Below are positions 10,067-19,923 of a stretch of 64,000 bases of DNA, in pieces; the stretch's first letter is position 1, and the number at the start of each line of letters is the position of its first letter. A program made the position numbers and the translations under genes. Below the pieces are notes generated by a model. It was not told the origin of the DNA. It was given only the letters and a program-made list of their open reading frames with translations, and searched no databases. Source of the DNA: an uncultured Gemmatimonadales bacterium (GTDB lineage: Bacteria > Gemmatimonadota > Gemmatimonadetes > Gemmatimonadales > Gemmatimonadaceae); contig CAVPQB010000004.1 in assembly GCA_963707505.1 (NCBI GenBank), forward strand, positions 160,001 through 224,000. Reading direction: 5' to 3'.

Positions 10067-10504
10067 GTGGCGAACGAAGAACGCAACATGCAGCTCATGC
10101 AGACCCTGGACGATGCTTGGAACGCGCAGGACATGGGTACCTTCGACAAGCGCCATCGTAAGGAAGTTGTGGTGCGCTGGCCGGGAAAAACGCCCACCAA
10201 CGGAATCGATGCGCACCACCAGGAGGCGATCGATTTCTTCAAGACATTTCCGGATCAGCACCTCGTCAATCGCCCGTATCGTGTCTTTTTCGCGAACGGC
10301 GACTGGACTTGTTCGATCGCTCACTTCACCGGCACCATGACGGGCCCAATGCAAGGGGCCGACGGCAAAGTGATTCCACCAACCGGCAAGGGATTCGACG
10401 TGGACTTCTGCACCGTGGCTCACTGGGACAAGGATGGTCAGATCATCGAAGAGAACCTCTTCTACGACCTCGTCACCTTCATGCATCAGATCGGACTCGG
10501 ATAA
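10067..10504 (+). CDS. SnoaL-like ester cyclase / polyketide cyclase family protein
   Basis: GTG start after GGAAGGA; LDDAWNAQD, FFKTFPDQHL, FTGTMTGPM, IPPTGKGFDVDFCTVAHW, IIEENLFYD. Confidence 0.88.
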   Translation: MANEERNMQLMQTLDDAWNAQDMGTFDKRHRKEVVVRWPGKTPTNGIDAHHQEAIDFFKTFPDQHLVNRPYRVFFANGDWTCSIAHFTGTMTGPMQGADGKVIPPTGKGFDVDFCTVAHWDKDGQIIEENLFYDLVTFMHQIGLG

Positions 10505-10547
10505 GAATCCGATCGCGCAAGGGCGCGGTAACCGGGGGATTGCACAA

Positions 10548-11008
10548 CATGACATCGCGTCCAGAATCCGTAGCTGTGGTACCACGCACAATGCCGCGGA
10601 TCGCCACCGTCGACGAGCGTTACGAATCTTACAACGTCGAGGTCGCGGAAGTCATCGCCGGCTAATGGGCACGACGTTGTTCACGCTGGTCCGTCTCGGG
10701 AGGGGCTGCATCTCCATGCACCGTGCGTGCGCGGGCACCCGGGCGGCGTAACACTGCTGGCGATTAACAACAGCCAAACGCAGGCCTCGTCGCTTCAGAT
10801 CCCAAGCGCTGCGGAGCGTTATACCTTGAGCGCGCAGCAGCTCGAGGCCACCGACATCGAACTCAATGGACATGAACTGACGTTGGGAGCTAACGATGCG
10901 TTGCCGGAGCTTCAAGGGACGAGTGTTCCGGCCGGAACCGTAACGCTCGCACCGGCTACCAGCACGTTCCTCACGATTGCGGATGCACGAGACGCGAGTT
11001 GCCGATGA
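10548..11008 (+). pseudogene. Internally deleted paralogue of the GH79-like gene at 12790..14484
   Basis: PRTMPRIATVDERYESYNVEVAEVIAG is fused directly to RRLMGTT...RGHPGGVTLLAINNS...DASCR; the middle ~1.1 kb is absent. Confidence 0.9.
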
Positions 11009-11069
11009 CACTGCAGAGTGACGTCCCGGTTCCATGCAGGTTTCGATGCTCGACGTGAACATCGAGAAT

Positions 11070-12536
11070 TCAGGCCTGCGTCTTGGTTCCCTTGGGCACT
11101 GTGAGCATGATCGAGACTATGGACACCACGACCATCAGCACGTTGAAGCCGAGCGCAATGATGGCGGCCTCCCGGACGGCAAGGTTGTCCTGGCGGCCGA
11201 GGAAGGTGATTACGCCGTCGAGCCAGTTCGCGCTCGCATTGTTGCCGCTCAGCGCAGTGAAGATCGCAGCGGAAATCGCCACGCCGAAGGCGGCGCCAAG
11301 CGACGACGCCATCTTGTAGATGCCCGAACCAGAACCCGTCTGTGTAGCTGGCAGGTTCGATAACGCGGCATCGGTTGAAGGGGTCGCGTAGAACGCCAGA
11401 CCGACACCGAACAGCGTATAACCGACGCTCGCGAGGATCTTGTAGTCCGACAGCCGCAGGTTGGCGGGTGACACCAACAGGATTGCCAGGCCCGTGATCA
11501 GGCAGCCCCAGATCATCGGTTTGCGCGGCCCGAAGCGTTGCAGAAGTTTCTCGCCCACTCGAATGAAGGCGATGATGGCGATCGCGTAACCGAGCGTCAA
11601 AAAGCCGGCCTGTTGGGCGTTCATGTTGCCGCCGAGCTGCACCAGTTGTAGCGACACGATCTGCGTACCGGCGGTCCCGTTGATCAGGAAGTTGGAGATC
11701 GTCGCGCCGGTGAATGTTGTGTTCCTGAACAGGCTGAAGTCGAAGAACGCATTGGACGCTCTGTTCTCGATGCGGAAAAACAGCCAGCCGAACACTACCG
11801 TTACCGCGAGGAGAACCAGACCAGTCGGACTGCTCCAGCCCAGCTTGTTGCCCTGCGTCACAAGTACTTCCAGTGCGACCATCGTGATCATGAACGCAAG
11901 CACGCCGGACAAATCGAACTTGTACGCGCCCGTTGTTTCCGCCTTGCTCTCGGGGGTGCCACGCATCATCCACAGTCCGAGCACGCTCACAGCGATGGCG
12001 ACCCAGAAGATGGAGCGCCAGCCAAAGTTCTGCGACATCAGGCCACCGACCAGCGAGCACAGGCCCGAACCGCCCCAGGAGCCGATCGACCACATGCTGA
12101 TGGCGCGCTGGCGCTCGGGACCGTCCCAAAAAGCTTTTACCAGCGCCAGACTGGCCGGCATGATGCAGGCGGCTGACAGCCCTTGCAACGCACGGCCCAC
12201 AAGCAGGACTGCTGTTGCCAACTGACCCTGCGGCGTGATGGCCACAAGCAGCGAGCCGGCGATGCTCAAGTAAAAGCCAATGCGAGTGACCTTCACCCGA
12301 CCAACCCGATCGGCCAACCCACCCATCACGACGATGAAGATGCCCGAGAACAGCGAGGTAATGGCCACCGCAACGTTCATCATGCTCGCATTCACGCCAA
12401 GGTCGCGGCTCATGTCAGGCGCGATGTTGAGCGTCGTCTGGGCAAACAGCCAGAACGCGACGACACCCATGATGATGCCGAACAGCAGTCGATCGTTGCC
12501 CTTGTATGGCATCGTCGATTGAGCAACGGTATTCAT
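11070..12536 (-). CDS. MFS transporter, DHA2 (NorB/NorC-like) family
   Basis: LFGIIMGVVAFWLFAQTTLNIAP, GGLADRVGRVK, GRALQGLSAACIMPASLAL, YATPSTDAAL, GIYKMASSLG; GGAG RBS before ATG 12536. Confidence 0.92.
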   Translation of the reverse strand: MNTVAQSTMPYKGNDRLLFGIIMGVVAFWLFAQTTLNIAPDMSRDLGVNASMMNVAVAITSLFSGIFIVVMGGLADRVGRVKVTRIGFYLSIAGSLLVAITPQGQLATAVLLVGRALQGLSAACIMPASLALVKAFWDGPERQRAISMWSIGSWGGSGLCSLVGGLMSQNFGWRSIFWVAIAVSVLGLWMMRGTPESKAETTGAYKFDLSGVLAFMITMVALEVLVTQGNKLGWSSPTGLVLLAVTVVFGWLFFRIENRASNAFFDFSLFRNTTFTGATISNFLINGTAGTQIVSLQLVQLGGNMNAQQAGFLTLGYAIAIIAFIRVGEKLLQRFGPRKPMIWGCLITGLAILLVSPANLRLSDYKILASVGYTLFGVGLAFYATPSTDAALSNLPATQTGSGSGIYKMASSLGAAFGVAISAAIFTALSGNNASANWLDGVITFLGRQDNLAVREAAIIALGFNVLMVVVSIVSIMLTVPKGTKTQA

Positions 12537-12789
12537 ACGGGTCTCCATTGCGACGGCGCTGGCTTGACAGCTCCGTCGCCGAGAAAACAACCGGCGATGT
12601 GAGCTGCTTCCTGGCCTGACGGAGTATCTACAATCGCTGCGCGCCCAGCAAGTGTATGGATGGGACGACGACCGCTTTTGCGCCGGCAGCAGCAAGTGGG
12701 ATCACCTCTTGCAGTGACGTGCGCCAGGCGAGTACCGCGCACTGTGATTTTGCCTTTGAGTCCGGTCGCCGCCCATCTCTGGAAGGGAA

Positions 12790-14484
12790 TTGATGATGGT
12801 GCGCAACAACAGGCCCGTCGCACTTGGTGCGGTAGCGGTCGCGGTAGCGGTAGTACTAGTAGTAGTGTCGTTGGCCGCTGCGATGCGCAGCACGGCGCGA
12901 ACTTCCGCGGTGCCAGTTGCGGTATCCGTCTCGCTGACACCACGCACCATGCCACGCATTGCGACGGTCGATGAGCGTTATCAATCGTACAACGTTGAGA
13001 TGGCCGAGGTGATCGGCGGCAACTTCTGGAAGCCGTACGACGCGCAGCGCACGACCTCGAAGGCCAGTGGACCTCCGGCAGAAGCCATGTCGGGTAGCAC
13101 TGCGCCTCAGGTGGTAGGCGAGGATACGAGCATGTTCCAGGCGCGCGCACCGATCGACCTGTCGAACGCGCGGTTGCGTAAGCTGACAGCGGCGCTCGGG
13201 CCAGCCTACATGCGCACGAGCGGAACGTGGGCGAACTCCGTCTACTTCGACGATGCCGACAGTCCCGCACCGAAGACCGCACCGAAGACCGCACCGAAAG
13301 GGTTCATGGGCGTCCTGACACGCCCGGAATGGAAGGGCGTCGTCGACTTCACGCACGCCGTGAATGCCAACCTCGTCACGTCCTTCACGATCAGCGCGGG
13401 CGTCCGCGACACGGCAGGCGTGTGGACGCCGATAGAGGCCCGGAAGTTCGTCGCGTACACGACAGCCATCGGCGGACGGATTGCCGGAGCAGAATTCTTC
13501 AATGAGCCTGACATGCCGGTGTACGGCGGCGCGCCGGCTGGCTACACCGCCGCGGATTATGCGCGGGACTTCGCCATCTTCCGCCGATTCGCGACGCAGG
13601 CCGCTCCCGACATGCGGATCGCCGGTCCGGGCTCCGTTGGCGAAGGCGTGTTGATGCCTCTGATGGGTGGAGACACGGCGGCCATAGGAGTGGTAAAGAC
13701 AGCGGATATGCTCTCCGCGTCACCGCGGCCCATCTTCGACATCTTTTCCTATCATTTCTACGGTGCGGCGTCTATCCGATGCGCCTCGATGGGCGCGGGT
13801 GCGCAGACCACTCCTGATTCCGCGCTGTCGGAAAGCTGGCTCGCGCGCACCGACCGGAGCTACGCCTATTACGTGTCAGGTATCCGAGATCGATTCGAGC
13901 CGAACAGCAAACGCGTGTGGATCACCGAGACCGCGGATGCCGCGTGTGGCGGTAATCCGTGGGCGAAGACGTTCCTGGATTCGTTCCGTTATGTAGACCA
14001 GATGGGGCGCCTGGCCAGGAAGGGTGTCACGGTCATTTTCCACAACACGCTCGCCTCCAGCGAATACGGGCTGCTCGATCAGAAGACCTTTGAGCCGCGT
14101 CCCAATTACTGGGCGGGGTTACTGTGGCGTAGACTGATGGGCACCACAGTGCTCGAATCAGGCGTCCCGATCACATTGGGGCATCACGTCTACGCCCAGT
14201 GCATGCGCGGTCATCCCGGTGGCGTTACGCTGCTCGCGATCAACAACAGTCGGACGCAATCCGCGTCGATTGAGCTTCCGATCGCGGCGAGCCGTTACAC
14301 ACTTACCGCCGCGACGCTGCAGGATACGCACGTCCAACTGAATGGGCGTGAGCTCGCGCTGGGACCCAATGATGCGCTGCCAGGTTTGCAAGGCGTGCGT
14401 ATCGCCGCGGGACGCGCGGTGCTCGCGCCGGTGAGCATCACCTTTCTCACAATGGCAGACGCTGGCAATGCAAGCTGTCGTTGA
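12790..14484 (+). CDS. Secreted GH79-like (heparanase / beta-glucuronidase-like) glycoside hydrolase
   Basis: Signal peptide; LGPAYMRTSGT, EFFNEP (acid/base), SYHFY, VWITETADA (nucleophile), YGLLD, PRPNYW. Confidence 0.82.
   Translation: MMMVRNNRPVALGAVAVAVAVVLVVVSLAAAMRSTARTSAVPVAVSVSLTPRTMPRIATVDERYQSYNVEMAEVIGGNFWKPYDAQRTTSKASGPPAEAMSGSTAPQVVGEDTSMFQARAPIDLSNARLRKLTAALGPAYMRTSGTWANSVYFDDADSPAPKTAPKTAPKGFMGVLTRPEWKGVVDFTHAVNANLVTSFTISAGVRDTAGVWTPIEARKFVAYTTAIGGRIAGAEFFNEPDMPVYGGAPAGYTAADYARDFAIFRRFATQAAPDMRIAGPGSVGEGVLMPLMGGDTAAIGVVKTADMLSASPRPIFDIFSYHFYGAASIRCASMGAGAQTTPDSALSESWLARTDRSYAYYVSGIRDRFEPNSKRVWITETADAACGGNPWAKTFLDSFRYVDQMGRLARKGVTVIFHNTLASSEYGLLDQKTFEPRPNYWAGLLWRRLMGTTVLESGVPITLGHHVYAQCMRGHPGGVTLLAINNSRTQSASIELPIAASRYTLTAATLQDTHVQLNGRELALGPNDALPGLQGVRIAAGRAVLAPVSITFLTMADAGNASCR
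13267..13299 (+). repeat. 12-bp in-frame tandem repeat (APKT x2.75)
   Basis: gcaccgaagacc gcaccgaagacc gcaccgaaa. Confidence 0.85.
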
Positions 14485-14598
14485 CCTCAGCCGCTCCGCG
14501 CAGTCGAGCGTGCGTATCAAATCCGTGTTGCGGGCCTCGCGAGACGATTTTCCCGCCGGAGTTGCGCCTGCATCTGCTGCGCTCTTTTTGCTCTCGCG

Positions 14599-15198
14599 TT
14601 ACGATGAGATGTTCGTGCCCGCCGCATCGGTCGTGCGCGGCAATGCGGTGTAGACGCGCGTGATGTATCCCAGAAACTCGTTCATGTAGTTTGCGAGGAA
14701 CTCGGCAGTGGACTCGACCGTGACCTCTCCATCGTCAGTTATGAGGCCCGGCGTGAACGGGATGTACGCCTCGATGGCGTTCATCAGTGGCGAGTTGCAA
14801 AAGGCGAGGATGCTCCGGAGGTGCTGCTGGGCGACCGCCGTACCAATCTTGCCCGGTGACGTGCCGATGATCGCCGACGGCTTGCGCGCGAAGGAGTTGG
14901 TGCCCCAGGGGCGGCTCGCCCAGTCAATGGCGTTCTTGAGACCGCCGGGGATCGACCGATTGTACTCCGGCGTCACGAAGAGCACGGCGTCCACGGAGGC
15001 TATCGCGTCCTTCAATGCGCGACCGGCGGGCGGGTAGTCCTTGTCGTAGTCGTACGAGTAAAGTGGCAGCTCGCCGATCGGAATCTCCCTCAGTTGCAGC
15101 TCCGGCGGCGCGAGGCGCCTGAGGGCAAGGGCGAGCTTCCGGTTGATCGATTCCTTCGCGAGGCTGCCGACGAAATACCCAACCGTGAATGTGGTCAC
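14599..15198 (-). CDS. NADPH-dependent FMN reductase (ChrR/YieF-like)
   Basis: VGSLAKESINRKLA, LFVTPEYNRSIPGGLKNAIDWASRP, GTAVAQQHLR; GTG start after GAGGA. Confidence 0.93.
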   Translation of the reverse strand: MTTFTVGYFVGSLAKESINRKLALALRRLAPPELQLREIPIGELPLYSYDYDKDYPPAGRALKDAIASVDAVLFVTPEYNRSIPGGLKNAIDWASRPWGTNSFARKPSAIIGTSPGKIGTAVAQQHLRSILAFCNSPLMNAIEAYIPFTPGLITDDGEVTVESTAEFLANYMNEFLGYITRVYTALPRTTDAAGTNISS

Positions 15199-15436
15199 GT
15201 GCAGTCCTCGAATAGGGGGCGTCGTCGGTGGCGGACGACCCGCGTAACGTTGCAAGAATGACACCGCGTCCGTATCTGCTGTTCGTCACGATCGACCCCG
15301 CGTTCTGTTTCGCGACCGATCGGCACCGTCACGGCCGCGGGCCCATCTTTAGCATTAAGCGGAGCGTCGGCAAGCCGCCGAGTTTCCACCCGCAGGGTCA
15401 GGGTACACAGTCGTCTCCAATGGCCGGAGGGCCATT

Positions 15437-16153
15437 ATGACCGCCGATCACCTCACACCGCCGCAGAGCGACTCCCAGTTCGCACGTCACCATCCCACTG
15501 AATACTTGACCGCGTACGCGATTGCAGGTGCCATTGGCGTCATCGTTCTGATCGTGCTTTTCCTCTTCATCGGGCACGAGATCCCGACGCATGACGCGCT
15601 CACGCGCGGCGATGCAGCCGTCAACGCGTGGATGGAGTCGCACAACACGGAGCCGGGCGAGACGATCTTCACGTGGGTGAGCTACATCGGCGCACCCGTG
15701 CTCGCGGCGACGGTCGCGATCAGTCTCATCGTGTTCGCGCGGCGGCATGACTGGTTCCACGTGTGGGCCGTGGCACTCGTGACCGGCGGCGGCCTTCTGC
15801 TGAGCACGATCCTCAAGTTCGTCTTCCATCGTGCGCGGCCGCTTACCGCCGCTGAGTTCATGACGCACCCGACTTACAGCTTTCCAAGTGGGCATGCGAT
15901 GAACTCCATGATCACGTACGGCTTCCTGCTACTGCTGCTGCTCGACCACGTGCACGAGCGCGGCAAGCGCGTCGCACTCGTTCTTGGCGGCCTCGTGATC
16001 ATCGGGGCGATTGGCTTCAGCCGCGTGTATTTGGGTGTGCATTTCGTTACCGACGTGATCGGCGGCTGGATTGCGGGCGCGGCGTGGCTGACGGTGGGGA
16101 TCGGCGGTTATCGTTTCGCGCAGCGCCGCTTCGCGCGGCGGCAGCTGATGTGA
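15437..16153 (+). CDS. PAP2 family membrane phosphatase
   Basis: KFVFHRARP, SFPSGHA, SRVYLGVHFVTDV motifs. Confidence 0.93.
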   Translation: MTADHLTPPQSDSQFARHHPTEYLTAYAIAGAIGVIVLIVLFLFIGHEIPTHDALTRGDAAVNAWMESHNTEPGETIFTWVSYIGAPVLAATVAISLIVFARRHDWFHVWAVALVTGGGLLLSTILKFVFHRARPLTAAEFMTHPTYSFPSGHAMNSMITYGFLLLLLLDHVHERGKRVALVLGGLVIIGAIGFSRVYLGVHFVTDVIGGWIAGAAWLTVGIGGYRFAQRRFARRQLM

Positions 16154-16209
16154 CAGGGACGGCGCTTGCCGGAGTTGCGCCGCTTGCATTCACGAGCACG
16201 GCTGACGCA

Positions 16210-16275
16210 ATTGCGCTGCAGTCCTGCGAGCTTCGCGCGCTTCACCGGTGACTTCTTGAACACCGTGCGAAATTG
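16210..16275 (-). pseudogene. queG: Displaced queG 3'-end copy 2 (short)
   Basis: QFRTVFKKSPVKRAKLAGLQRN vs QueG EFSAAFRKSPVKRAKLAGLQRN. Confidence 0.85.
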
Positions 16276-16351
16276 TCCACTGTGCGGCAAACTCTAATGG
16301 TCCCAGCTACTTAGAGTTCGTTGTCGCGTCCCCGCGCGACCGTTTAAACAT

Positions 16352-16367
16352 CAGCCCCTGCGTTCAA
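16352..16367 (+). promoter_or_regulatory. CAGCCnnnnCGTTCAA motif, putative AraC-family site upstream of the GNAT operon
   Basis: cagcccctgcgttcaa, with a partial repeat cgtttaa 20 bp upstream; same motif at 19784, 20280 and 20301. Confidence 0.6.
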
Positions 16368-16442
16368 GCAAGGGGCACCGGGCATTCGGTAATGTGCAGC
16401 TGCGATAACACATGTCGCGTCACGCACACCCAGGATACCGCC

Positions 16443-17099
16443 ATGCCGTTCGCCCTCCGACACCGTAGCGACCCGACTCCGCGTCTTGAGTCGCTACCGA
16501 CATTTTCCGTCCGCCGCGAGGAGGACGCGTCCGTCATGGCCGCGCTGCAGCAACGCGATGAAGCTGACATGGTGCGCCGCTTGGATACCGGACACCGCGC
16601 CTATGTCGCGATGTGCGATGGTCAACGCGCCGCGTGGGGATGGGTTGCGACCCGCTTCGCCGAAATTGGCGAGGTCGGTGCCTCGTTCACTCTCCCTGCC
16701 GGCGAACAATACCTGTGGAACTTCGTTACGCTCGCCGACTATCGCGGGCGAGGTATCTACCCACGGCTGCTCGATGCGATCGTGCGTGCGGAGTCGCGCG
16801 AAGCCGCGCGATTCTGGATCGCATATGCGCCGGAGAACCACGCGTCGGGAGCGGGCATCCGGAAGGCGGGCTTCGTCGATCTCGCCGAGTTGTCGTTCGA
16901 TGCAAGCGGCCGGCCCGCGCTCACACCGCTATTGCCTGGTGGTGCCCGGGTCGCGTCGCGAGTGCTCGGACTGCCCGAGAAGCGGGAGTCGCTCGCGCCG
17001 TGCTGGCGCTGCGTGCGCGCGGGTCGCGGGAGTATGTCCTGCGCACCTGGGCAGTGCCGATGCGACTATCAGCGGCCTGCATCGGGATGTGCATCGTGA
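16443..17099 (+). CDS. GNAT family N-acetyltransferase with Cys-rich C-terminal tail
   Basis: YLWNFVTLADYRGRGIY, ENHASGAGIRKAGF; tail PCWRC...SC...CRC...GC. Confidence 0.85.
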   Translation: MPFALRHRSDPTPRLESLPTFSVRREEDASVMAALQQRDEADMVRRLDTGHRAYVAMCDGQRAAWGWVATRFAEIGEVGASFTLPAGEQYLWNFVTLADYRGRGIYPRLLDAIVRAESREAARFWIAYAPENHASGAGIRKAGFVDLAELSFDASGRPALTPLLPGGARVASRVLGLPEKRESLAPCWRCVRAGRGSMSCAPGQCRCDYQRPASGCAS

Positions 17100-17202
17100 C
17101 ATACATCGGGACATACATCGGAGCATGCCGCGTGAGCGCCCACGTACCGCGCATTGGAAGCCACACATGGACACGCACGCCGACACGTACATGGAGTCAC
17201 AC

Positions 17203-17718
17203 ATGCAGATGATGAGCGAAGTTTCGACGGCAACCGCGTACGCAACCGCGGTGACGACAATACTGCTCGGCACAGCGGCTGGCGGGACCTTTACCGTTCT
17301 GGCGTACAGTGTTCCCAAGTACGCGAAGCCGTTCCTCTCGGCCGCCCTTTTCGTCACGGCGATGCTCTACGTCGGTCTGGCGCTCGCCGGTGGCGCTGGT
17401 CCCGCGTGGCTCACGGTGGAGATCGTCGGCGTTCTCGTGTACGGCAGTGCATCGCTCCGCGGACTGCGCGGGTCGGCGTGGTGGATCGTCGCCGGCTGGG
17501 CGCTCCATCCCATCTGGGACATCGCACATCACGTCGCACACACTGGTCACGCCTTCGTTCCCTCGTGGTACGCGATGGCATGTCTGGGCTTTGACATAGC
17601 CGTTGCAGCCGTGATCGCGTCACGAACGTGGCATGGCGCCACCGCACTGTCGCAGTCTCTTCCGCGATGGGTCCCGCAGTCACTTCTACAGTCTCTTCCA
17701 CAATGGGTTCGGCTATGA
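17203..17718 (+). CDS. Membrane protein (DUF6010-like)
   Basis: WLTVEIVGV...WWIVAGWALHPIWDIAHH...VPSWYAMACLGFD; GGAG RBS before ATG 17203. Confidence 0.75.
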   Translation: MQMMSEVSTATAYATAVTTILLGTAAGGTFTVLAYSVPKYAKPFLSAALFVTAMLYVGLALAGGAGPAWLTVEIVGVLVYGSASLRGLRGSAWWIVAGWALHPIWDIAHHVAHTGHAFVPSWYAMACLGFDIAVAAVIASRTWHGATALSQSLPRWVPQSLLQSLPQWVRL

Positions 17719-18830
17719 CCGCGATGCGTCCGACGGTGCTATCCACAGACGCGCGTGCAATGCGTGTCGAGCGGTACGACACCGTTGTCATCGGCGGAAG
17801 CCAGGCCGGCCTCGCCGTCGGGTATCATCTCGCGCGCCGTGATGTCGACTTCGTGATTCTCGATGCCGAGCGACGCGTGGGCGACGCATGGCGCAAACGA
17901 TGGGACTCGCTCCGCCTATTCACGCCGGCCGCGTACAGCGGGCTCCCTGGCATGGCGTTCCCAGCGCCGCCATCGCATTTGCCCGACAAGGATGAGGTGG
18001 CCGACTACCTCGAGCGCTACGCCGAGCGGTTCGATCTGCCGATCCGGTGCGCGATGCGCGTTGATTCGCTCGCCTCCGATGGCGAGTGGTATACCGTCCA
18101 CGCCGGCGACGTACGAATCGAGGCCGCAAATGTTATCGTCGCGACCGGTCCGCTTCGGTCGCCGCGTATTCCCTCGATCGGCGCCTCGCTCGCGCCCGAT
18201 ATTCTTCAGATCCACTCGAGCGAATACCGCAATCCGTTCGAACTTCCTGACGGGCCCGTGCTGGTCGTGGGAGCCGGGAACTCGGGCGCGCAGGTCGCCC
18301 TCGAGCTTGCGAGGTTCCGGAAGGTGTGGCTCGCTGGCTCGTCCACCGGCTACATCCCGCGCAGAATTCTCGGCCGCGATGTGTTCTCGTGGATCTGGCC
18401 CTTGATGTCGCGCGCGACGGCCGATACGCGGATTGGAAGACGATTGCGCCAACGCGCCACACGCGGCGGCGACGCGCTAATCGGAATTCCGGAGCGTACG
18501 CTCGTCGATGCGGGCATCGTCCGCCTAGGTCGCGTCACGGAACAGCGCGGTGGTCTCCCGCTCTGCAATGGCACCGTCGTGCAACCGAGCGTCATCGTCT
18601 GGTGCACAGGATTCGCGTCGGACTACAGATGGATCGCGCTCCCCGTCACCGACGAGCGCGGGCTTCCGCTCCACCATCGCGGCGCCGCGACCGGGCTGCC
18701 GGGTCTCTATTTCGTCGGCCTTCGCTTCCAGCATCGCATGACGTCCTCCCTGCTCGGCGGCGTCGGCGAGGACGCGGCATACATCGCGGACATCGTGGCC
18801 CGCCGTGCGGAAGGGGTGCGGTTCGCCTGA
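17715..18830 (+). CDS. Flavin-containing monooxygenase-like NAD(P)/FAD oxidoreductase (CzcO/ArsO-like)
   Basis: VIGGSQAG, WRKRWDSLRLFTP, HSSEYRNP, VVGAGNSG, VWCTGF, GLYFVGL; ATGA overlap with the upstream gene. Confidence 0.92.
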   Translation: MTAMRPTVLSTDARAMRVERYDTVVIGGSQAGLAVGYHLARRDVDFVILDAERRVGDAWRKRWDSLRLFTPAAYSGLPGMAFPAPPSHLPDKDEVADYLERYAERFDLPIRCAMRVDSLASDGEWYTVHAGDVRIEAANVIVATGPLRSPRIPSIGASLAPDILQIHSSEYRNPFELPDGPVLVVGAGNSGAQVALELARFRKVWLAGSSTGYIPRRILGRDVFSWIWPLMSRATADTRIGRRLRQRATRGGDALIGIPERTLVDAGIVRLGRVTEQRGGLPLCNGTVVQPSVIVWCTGFASDYRWIALPVTDERGLPLHHRGAATGLPGLYFVGLRFQHRMTSSLLGGVGEDAAYIADIVARRAEGVRFA

Positions 18831-18900
18831 GGTAGCTCCGCGTTTTGCGAGAATCGCCTTCTGGCGGTAAACTCCGGGTGACTGCCACCATCGGGTGACC

Positions 18901-19704
18901 ATGAGTAGCAAGGATAGCAAGAGCACCACCAGCGTGACCGGCGGCATCGGGCATTTCGTGTCGTGGGATGGCGGCTGCGTCTTGATCGGACGCAACGTCG
19001 GCGTCATCCCGCCGCACGCACACTACGCGATTCAGATCGCGTTCGGCACGGAGCACGGCGTGCGCTTTCGCTCGCAGGAGAGTGATGCGTGGACCGAGTA
19101 CGGCGGTGCGATCATTCCCTCGCGCCACCCGCACTCCATGGACGCGACGCACGTGCGCGCGAACGCCGTGTTGTTCGTCGAGCCGGAGACGCGCGAGGGA
19201 CGCGCGTTGCGAGAGCGCTACCTGCAGGGCGGCATCGCTGCGCTACCGGACGACCTGCTCGCCGATACCCGTCGGGCATTGTTCTCCGCGTGGGAAGAGC
19301 AGCGGAGCAGGCACGCTGTCGCTGACGTGGCGCAGCATGTGATTCGTACACTCGCGGGAGGCGTCGGTCCGACCGTCACATCGGACAAACGCATTCTGCG
19401 CGCGATTACTTACATCAAAGCCCATATCAACGGTCCGATCACGCTCGACGAAGTAGCGCGCGAGGCGTGCCTGTCGCCGAGCCGCTTCCGTCATCTCTTT
19501 GTCGAAGAGACGGGGACGGCATTCCGCCCGTACGTCCTCTGGCGCCGCTTTCTGCGTGTGTGGGAGTTGTTGACGGCTGGAAGCTCGCTGTCGACCGCAG
19601 CGCATGCGGCGGGCTTCGCCGACGCCGCGCATCTCGCGCGGACGTCGCGGACCATGTTCGGTTTTCCGCCGTCGGCCATTCAGCTCGCAGCGCCACTCGA
19701 TTAG
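18901..19704 (+). CDS. AraC family transcriptional regulator
   Basis: N-terminal PHAHYAIQI cupin-like motif; C-terminal TLDEVAREACLSPSRFRHLF...AAHAAGFADAAHLARTSRTMFG. Confidence 0.95.
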   Translation: MSSKDSKSTTSVTGGIGHFVSWDGGCVLIGRNVGVIPPHAHYAIQIAFGTEHGVRFRSQESDAWTEYGGAIIPSRHPHSMDATHVRANAVLFVEPETREGRALRERYLQGGIAALPDDLLADTRRALFSAWEEQRSRHAVADVAQHVIRTLAGGVGPTVTSDKRILRAITYIKAHINGPITLDEVAREACLSPSRFRHLFVEETGTAFRPYVLWRRFLRVWELLTAGSSLSTAAHAAGFADAAHLARTSRTMFGFPPSAIQLAAPLD

Positions 19705-19783
19705 CCTCGCACCGTCGAGAGAGGCTTGAGAACGGACGGATGGAACATCTTGTTGTGCACACCGCGGCATCCGCGCGTCGATT

Positions 19784-19799
19784 CAGCCCTTTCGTTCAA
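19784..19799 (+). promoter_or_regulatory. CAGCCnnnnCGTTCAA motif upstream of the Cys-rich peptide gene
   Basis: cagccctttcgttcaa, identical to 20280..20295. Confidence 0.65.
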
Positions 19800-19923
19800 T
19801 CCCGTGAGGCACATGAGGAGATAACGTGAAGCTTACGACGACCGCTGTCCGCAACTCCGCGGGCCGGTACCCGGTTCAACGGGACGTCGCGACGCAAACA
19901 CTGAATTCTCCGAGGAATCTCTC

